A program made the translations under genes and the position numbers. Shown here one piece after another: positions 27,031 to 32,000 of a DNA stretch of 32,000 nucleotides (within the stretch, counting starts at the first letter, position 1; each line of letters opens with the position of its first letter). Origin of the DNA: Coprobacillaceae bacterium. GTDB taxonomy: Bacteria > Bacillota_I > Bacilli_A > Erysipelotrichales > Coprobacillaceae. Where the stretch lies: NCBI GenBank assembly GCA_963675915.1, contig OY780959.1:1920001-1952000 (forward strand), in the 5' to 3' direction. The notes under the pieces are model-generated. The model was not told where the DNA came from. It saw only the letters and a list, made by a program, of their open reading frames with translations, and did no database searches.

Positions 27031-28023
27031 CTATTGATACATCTTTGTCAAACTGTCAATCTTAACTTTAATTTGATTTTTAAGGCTTGTCGGCTTAACA
27101 ATTTCAATCTCGGTATTGAGCATCAATATCCATCCAATCAGTCCTTCGGTGATGTTGACATCATTGATGACACCGTGGTACTGATCCCCAACTTTTTCGA
27201 CCCAAAGCTTATCGCCAAAGCGAGTCCCGATTTCCCGAATTATTTTCTGTGAAAAATTGAATTCCAGGGTCTGGGATTTTTGGGCAATATACATGTTGAC
27301 ATTATTCTTGAGATAATTGTCAATTTCCTGTTTTGGCGGACTCGCAATGAATTTCCCTTTGTAAGTTTGAATCAGCCGCATTCTATCGATTCGATATACG
27401 CTTAAAGTCCCGGGCCGCTTGTCGTAGTAGCCCAGGATATAGTAGTTCGAGTTGTCCATTACAATCCGGTATGGAGAAATCATATAATATTTGTGCCCGT
27501 TGACAGTCCGGTTGCCCCTTTGATTTTCAACGATGCTCAATCGCCCATTTTGCACATCATAAGTTATATATTTGAATATCAGATTCGTTTTATTATTTAT
27601 TGCCTTAATCACCGTAGTAAGATTCAACAGCAAATCATAATCAAAGGCACCATTTTCTGTTGGACTGGGATTCAACCTTGACATTTGCCTGGCAGTCGAA
27701 AGCAACGCCAGTTTTTGTTCCAACCGATGCTTTGATTTCAGATTCAGGTTACCGTTTGTCAGGACAACATCCATTAAAAACTGGACTTCTCCGTCACTGA
27801 AATAATTATTTTCAATCAGATATCCGTGTTTCTTCTTATTATTGATGAGACTGTAGCCCAGGGCGACATTGGTCATTTCATTTATTTTGATAATTGAATT
27901 CCTGACCGTTTTGATATCGACCTGGATTCCGGTTTCTTCCAGCAGTTCCTGAATTCTGATTCCATTTAAGGGACTGGTGGCCTCTTTAAGAATTTTTACT
28001 ATCTCATACATTCTTGTCAGCAT
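27031..28023 (-). CDS. HTH-WYL-WCX transcriptional regulator (WYL-domain protein)
   Basis: 330 aa. The N-terminal winged-HTH-like region is MYEIVKILKEA..IRIQELLEETGIQVDIKTVRNSI, followed by the helical FSDGEVQFLMDVVLTNGNL segment common in Firmicute WYL regulators. The central WYL-type region is YYMISPYRIVMDNSNYYILGYYDKRPGTLSVYRIDRM. The C-terminal WCX-like end is GLIGWILMLNTEIEIVKP. A GAGG RBS lies 7 nt upstream of the start. Confidence 0.75.
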   Translation of the reverse strand: MLTRMYEIVKILKEATSPLNGIRIQELLEETGIQVDIKTVRNSIIKINEMTNVALGYSLINNKKKHGYLIENNYFSDGEVQFLMDVVLTNGNLNLKSKHRLEQKLALLSTARQMSRLNPSPTENGAFDYDLLLNLTTVIKAINNKTNLIFKYITYDVQNGRLSIVENQRGNRTVNGHKYYMISPYRIVMDNSNYYILGYYDKRPGTLSVYRIDRMRLIQTYKGKFIASPPKQEIDNYLKNNVNMYIAQKSQTLEFNFSQKIIREIGTRFGDKLWVEKVGDQYHGVINDVNITEGLIGWILMLNTEIEIVKPTSLKNQIKVKIDSLTKMYQ

Positions 28024-28026
28024 AAT

Positions 28027-28665
28027 CTACCTCGATAATTTCAATAATTTATTTTTGTACTGGTGACATTTCTTTATTCTTCTTTGATATTTTCTAGGTG
28101 AATAATCACTTAAAATTTTTGAATATTCTCCAAATCCGTCAATATCGTTGATCGATATTGCACTGAAAGCTTTTTTGAATTCACCTTCTATAATATATAC
28201 TTTTACCTTGATCACTTCGCTTTGTCTGGAACTTAGACTTTGGCGCTTGGCCAGGTAATCAACCAAATCATCGATAATGGAAACCCGATAGTTCACCAAG
28301 TGGCGAATAATCATCATTACTCTTTCGTCCAATGTTCCGGTTTTTATCAGTGAATTGAACAGGCGATACTTGTATTCAAGAGCAACCTTGAAATTCTTGT
28401 CGATCAGCAGATTCAAATAAATCAGTTCTTCTTCCAGCTCACTCAAATTGCCAGCCGCATTGATACGGCACTTAATCATCGAAAATATCGCCAGTTGGAT
28501 CTCCTTGTCCGCATTGATCAGATATTTCAAATCACCATTGCTATACGATCTGTTCAGGATTTTGGCATATGCCATCATCTGTTTTTCAGTAAGATTGTTA
28601 ATTAGGTATTTCTTCAGTTCGATTATTGATTTGTCGATTGCACTTTCATATCTTTTACATTCCAT
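28027..28665 (-). CDS. Hypothetical protein (212 aa, no recognisable motif), co-operonic with the WYL regulator
   Basis: A GAAGGA RBS precedes the start, and the stop lies 3 nt before the WYL start. There are no hydrophobic TM stretches, the composition looks helical and heptad-like, and the C-tail is basic (RKYQRRIKKCHQYKNKLLKLSR). Confidence 0.55.
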   Translation of the reverse strand: MECKRYESAIDKSIIELKKYLINNLTEKQMMAYAKILNRSYSNGDLKYLINADKEIQLAIFSMIKCRINAAGNLSELEEELIYLNLLIDKNFKVALEYKYRLFNSLIKTGTLDERVMMIIRHLVNYRVSIIDDLVDYLAKRQSLSSRQSEVIKVKVYIIEGEFKKAFSAISINDIDGFGEYSKILSDYSPRKYQRRIKKCHQYKNKLLKLSR

Positions 28666-28768
28666 TGTCCTTCACCTCACAATTACATTATACTTGATTG
28701 ACTCCTTTTTTAAAGGGAAAACACCCTTTTAGAAACCTAAAAATAGGTTTTTATATTGGTTTAGAACA

Positions 28769-28795
28769 ATAAAAAGAGAGAAATCACTTTCTCTC
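28769..28795 (-). terminator. Intrinsic terminator of the regulator-aminotransferase operon
   Basis: On the minus strand: GAGAGAAA-gtga-TTTCTCTC followed by TTTTTATT. The loop contains the aminotransferase stop codon. Confidence 0.75.
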
Positions 28796-29950
28796 TTCTA
28801 AAAACTCTTTGATTCTGGTGGTCGCTTCTTTGATTTGTTCAATTGAATATGCGTAGCTGACCCTGATATATCCTTCTCCAGCTTCACCAAAAGCCGAACC
28901 AGGAACACAAGCAACCTTTTTGGCATCAAGCAGTTGTTCACAGAACTCATCACTGCTCAGCCCTGTTGATTTAATGGATGGGAAAATATAGAAAGCCCCC
29001 TGTGGCAGGAATGTTTCCAACCCCATATCATTGAATGCTTTAGTGATGAAATTACGACGCAATTGATATGATTCTCGCATCTTAACGACATCGGCATCAC
29101 AGTTTTTCAGTGCTTCCAACGCTGCGTACTGAGCTGCAGTAGATGAACACATGATTACGTACTGGTGGATTTTCTTCATCATTGCGATAACCTCTTCATG
29201 GGCAACAACGTAACCTAAACGCCACCCGGTCATTGCATATGCTTTGGAGAAACCGCTGATAAGAATCACTTGGTCCTTGATGCTTTCAAACGAAGCAAGT
29301 GAACAGAATTCATGATCATAAGAAAGTTCAGCGTAGATTTCATCAGTTATTACCATGATTCCAGATTCTTTAAGAATCGGAACAATATTTTCATAATCCT
29401 CTTTTGTCATAACTCCACCGGTCGGATTTGACGGGAAATTCAAAAGGATTGCCTTGGTCTTTTCGTTAATTGCTTGGATAAGCAGTTCCGGTGTCAGTTT
29501 GAAATTGTTTTCAGCAGTTAAAAGAATATTTTTGACTACCCCGCCGGCAAGTTCAACTCCAGGAGTATAGGCAACATAATTCGGTGAAAGCAAAATCACT
29601 TCATCACCAGGATTTATCAGTGTTCTAAAAGCCAGATCAATGGCTTCAGATCCTCCGACAGTTACGAGACACTGAGCCTCATAATCATATTCGAGTTCAA
29701 ATCTTCGATCGAGATATTTGCAGATCTCTTGGCGCAATTCCGGCAAACCGGCATTGGCAGTGTAGAAAGTTCTTCCTTTTTCAATTGAATAGATAGCTGC
29801 TTCACGAACATTCCACGGAGTATCAAAGTCAGGTTCTCCAACCCCAAGGGAAATTACCCCTTCCATGGTATTGGCAAGATCGAAGAATTTTCGAATGCCT
29901 GACGGTTTGATTTTCTTTACATGATTGTTAAATTGTGATTGAAAGTCCAT
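28784..29950 (-). CDS. Class I PLP aminotransferase (AlaT/YugH-like; aspartate/alanine aminotransferase family)
   Basis: 388 aa. It has NPTGGVM and SGFSKAYAMTGWRLGY (PLP lysine). Its start overlaps the stop of the upstream Lrp/AsnC gene (TAATG). This arrangement resembles B. subtilis alaR-alaT (yugG-yugH); the substrate is not determinable from the sequence. Confidence 0.8.
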   Translation of the reverse strand: MDFQSQFNNHVKKIKPSGIRKFFDLANTMEGVISLGVGEPDFDTPWNVREAAIYSIEKGRTFYTANAGLPELRQEICKYLDRRFELEYDYEAQCLVTVGGSEAIDLAFRTLINPGDEVILLSPNYVAYTPGVELAGGVVKNILLTAENNFKLTPELLIQAINEKTKAILLNFPSNPTGGVMTKEDYENIVPILKESGIMVITDEIYAELSYDHEFCSLASFESIKDQVILISGFSKAYAMTGWRLGYVVAHEEVIAMMKKIHQYVIMCSSTAAQYAALEALKNCDADVVKMRESYQLRRNFITKAFNDMGLETFLPQGAFYIFPSIKSTGLSSDEFCEQLLDAKKVACVPGSAFGEAGEGYIRVSYAYSIEQIKEATTRIKEFLEERK

Positions 29951-30441
29951 TATGCAGACACCAACAATCTTTCATCTTCTTTATCACCATCATCATCCAA
30001 AACAATACCTGCAGCTTTGTATTGTTTCAAGACGAAATAGGTTTCAGTACCGGTAACTCCGTCCATCGGCGCTAACTTCGCATTGACGAAATTGGCAACC
30101 TCCTGCATCGTTCTACCTTTGATGATGCACATGAACTCATAATTACCACTTAACAGATACAGAGAATCCACCTCTGCAAATTTTTCGATTTTTCGGGCGA
30201 CTACATCATACCCATAATCGCGAATCGGATCCGCATTGACATGAATTAATGCAGTAACAGTATCGCTATTAGTTTTATCCCAGTTGATAACCGTATGATA
30301 TCCGGCGATAACGTTATCATTTTCCAACTCTTTCATTGCGTCTTTGACATCTTGTTCAGTCTCATTCAAAGCCGCGGCCAGATCAGTTACCTCATACCGA
30401 GCATTTTTTTCTAGTAAACCTAATAATAAGCGTTTTTCCAT
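29950..30441 (-). CDS. Lrp/AsnC-family transcriptional regulator (AlaR/YugG-like)
   Basis: The track lists 29950-30510. The start is moved to the ATG at 30441 (MEKRLLLGLLEKNARYEVTDLAAAL = HTH) after an AGGAGGGTG RBS. A C-terminal RAM/AsnC-type domain is present (LIHVNADP...YLLSGNYEFMCII). Confidence 0.75.
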   Translation of the reverse strand: MEKRLLLGLLEKNARYEVTDLAAALNETEQDVKDAMKELENDNVIAGYHTVINWDKTNSDTVTALIHVNADPIRDYGYDVVARKIEKFAEVDSLYLLSGNYEFMCIIKGRTMQEVANFVNAKLAPMDGVTGTETYFVLKQYKAAGIVLDDDGDKEDERLLVSA

Positions 30442-30487
30442 TTTTTTCACCCTCCTATACCCGTTATTATAGCTCATAATTATTTCT

Positions 30488-30498
30488 TTGTATACAAC
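30488..30498. promoter_or_regulatory. Palindromic box TTGTATACAA(C), copy 3, overlapping the -35 region of the Lrp/AsnC-aminotransferase promoter
   Basis: The 11-mer is exactly the same as at 17106 and 17220. On the minus strand it lies 17 nt upstream of a TATAAT (...gagcTATAATaacggg...), which sits about 20 nt before the RBS. Confidence 0.55.
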
Positions 30499-30673
30499 TT
30501 TTAAGGGCAAGCTGGAGTATGTTTGACTCCAAAATCATGATTCGAACCGGATATTGACGCTAACGGCAGTTTGGACAACCCGATTTTTTGCCTATTGGAG
30601 CGTGATTTTTCATAAAAATGAAATGAATTGCTATCCAAGTGTGATATAATTTAGGCATCAAGGAGGATACCAT

Positions 30674-31702
30674 ATGAAAATTATTGCTAGTACTTACGAT
30701 AAAAAAGAAAAAGGCATATATTTAATAGAATTCGATAAACGTAATTCCCGGTTCAAACTGGACAAATGGCTCATGACCAAGGACTATCCATCATACCTGT
30801 ATAAAAAAGACAATTATCTTTTTGCTTCTTTGAAAAACAGTTCAACCAGTTCAAAGCAAGGTGGTTTGTCAAGTTACGAAATGACTGATAATAATATCAA
30901 ACTGATTTCCCATATTTCATCATACGGAAGCAGCTATACCCATGTATTCGTCAACGATACCAATGAATTCGCATTGGGAGCCAACTATCACGGGGGAACC
31001 ACCGGTCTTTACCGCCTCAATTATCCTTTGATTGTGGATGAACTGGACATCGCGGTCCACACTGGTTTGGGACCAGACATCAAACTCCGTCAAACTTCGC
31101 CTCATCCTCATATGGTTGGGCAGACCCCTGACAATAAATATTACTACTCGGTCGATCTTGGAGCTGACAAAATAGTGGTATACCAAATCATCGACAACAA
31201 ACTTGTTCCGGATGAAGAGCGAACAGTTATGGTGAAACCCGGAAGCGGTCCAAGACATCTGGTCTTTGACAAAACCGGAAAATTTGCATATGTTGTTTGT
31301 GAAATCGCCAATAAAATCGACGCTTACAAGTATAATGACGGTAAGTTCGCATTCATCCAAAGAATCAAAGCAAAACCGGATCACTTCAAAAACGCCAACA
31401 GCGCCAGTGCCATTAAAATCACTGAGTCAAATGAACATTTGCTTGTTTCCAATCGCGGCCATAACTCCCTATCATTCTATCGAATCAACCAAGAAACCGG
31501 TCGTTTGACTTTGTTGTATATGGTTCACACCGGGGCAACCCCTAGAGATTTTTGTATCCTGGAAGACAAATATGTCTTTGTTGCCTGTCAGGATCAAAAT
31601 GAGATTGAATTGTTCTATCTGGACGAATTGGAAGAAACCCTGGTTAGATCGACAGCGGTATACAAAATCGACCAGCCAGTATGTGTAATCAAAGGAGAAT
31701 AG
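30674..31702 (+). CDS. Lactonase, 7-bladed beta-propeller family (6-phosphogluconolactonase-like)
   Basis: 342 aa with an AAGGAGG RBS. The sequence shows repeated beta-propeller-like blades with SPHPHMV, DLGADKIVVY, GSGPRHLVF and GATPRDF, typical of the YbhE/Pgl-type lactonase family. Confidence 0.65.
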   Translation: MKIIASTYDKKEKGIYLIEFDKRNSRFKLDKWLMTKDYPSYLYKKDNYLFASLKNSSTSSKQGGLSSYEMTDNNIKLISHISSYGSSYTHVFVNDTNEFALGANYHGGTTGLYRLNYPLIVDELDIAVHTGLGPDIKLRQTSPHPHMVGQTPDNKYYYSVDLGADKIVVYQIIDNKLVPDEERTVMVKPGSGPRHLVFDKTGKFAYVVCEIANKIDAYKYNDGKFAFIQRIKAKPDHFKNANSASAIKITESNEHLLVSNRGHNSLSFYRINQETGRLTLLYMVHTGATPRDFCILEDKYVFVACQDQNEIELFYLDELEETLVRSTAVYKIDQPVCVIKGE

Positions 31703-31705
31703 TTG

Positions 31706-32000
31706 ATGGAATACGAAATTATCGGCGACACCTTACCGGTCGTCATTTGCACTTTAGCCAAGGGAGAAACCATGATCACTGAAAGTGGCGGAATGTCCTG
31801 GATGGATCCGGGGATTAAAATGCAAACATCTGGTGGCGGTTTTGGCAAGATGTTTGGCCGCATGCTCAGCGGTGAAACGTTATTCCTTAATCACTATGTC
31901 TGTGGATCCGACAAGGCAAAAATCGCTTTTGCATCCTCGTTTCCTGGCAATATAAAAGCAATTGAAATATCCCCCGGTAAAGAAATGATTGTCCAAAAAT
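31706..32000 (+). CDS. AIM24 / TIGR00266 (DUF124) family protein, N-terminal part; continues past the right edge
   Basis: The ATG at 31706 follows an AAAGGAG RBS. The translation MEYEIIGDTLPVVICTLAKGETMITESGGMSWMDPGIKMQTSGGGFGKMFGRMLSGETLFLNHY... is a typical N-terminus for this family. It is not in the ORF track because it is truncated. Confidence 0.65.
   Translation, partial: MEYEIIGDTLPVVICTLAKGETMITESGGMSWMDPGIKMQTSGGGFGKMFGRMLSGETLFLNHYVCGSDKAKIAFASSFPGNIKAIEISPGKEMIVQK

Overview
This window looks like a chromosomal segment from a low-GC Gram-positive (Bacillota-like) genome. The signals for that are GGAGG-type RBSs, a long type-2 GalT, DegV and PhoPR; the exact taxon cannot be determined from the sequence alone. 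Most of the window is housekeeping.

Left to right it contains:
- the 5' part of a cation:proton antiporter
- a stand-alone tRNA cluster (Ile-Ile-Ala, minus strand)
- an ARO8-type aminotransferase
- EamA and AEC transporters
- a compact group IIC intron (about 1.9 kb) sitting directly behind the galK terminator
- a divergent gal locus (galK-galT / galE-lacI-type regulator)
- rplM-rpsI
- a tcdA / small ORF / alpha-beta hydrolase operon
- a divergent threonine locus (thrB-thrC / hom-asd)
- degV
- a seven-gene pstSCAB-phoU-phoPR operon
- an AT-rich two-gene cassette (212-aa orphan protein plus an HTH-WYL regulator)
- an Lrp/AsnC regulator with an aminotransferase (alaR/alaT-like)
- a lactonase, and the start of an AIM24/TIGR00266 gene

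No CRISPR array, rRNA gene, transposase or prophage was seen.

The items most worth follow-up are:
- the orphan + WYL cassette
- the terminator-targeted IIC intron, whose reverse transcriptase/maturase gene (IEP, intron-encoded protein) is frameshifted at a short homopolymer
- an exact 11-mer palindrome (TTGTATACAAC) found only at three amino-acid-metabolism promoters
- three 22-bp-phased palindromes in the gal control region
- an alpha/beta hydrolase that has lost its nucleophile serine

All functional calls rest on motif recognition by eye; no database searches were run. Promoter, terminator and intron boundaries are approximate to within a few nt.
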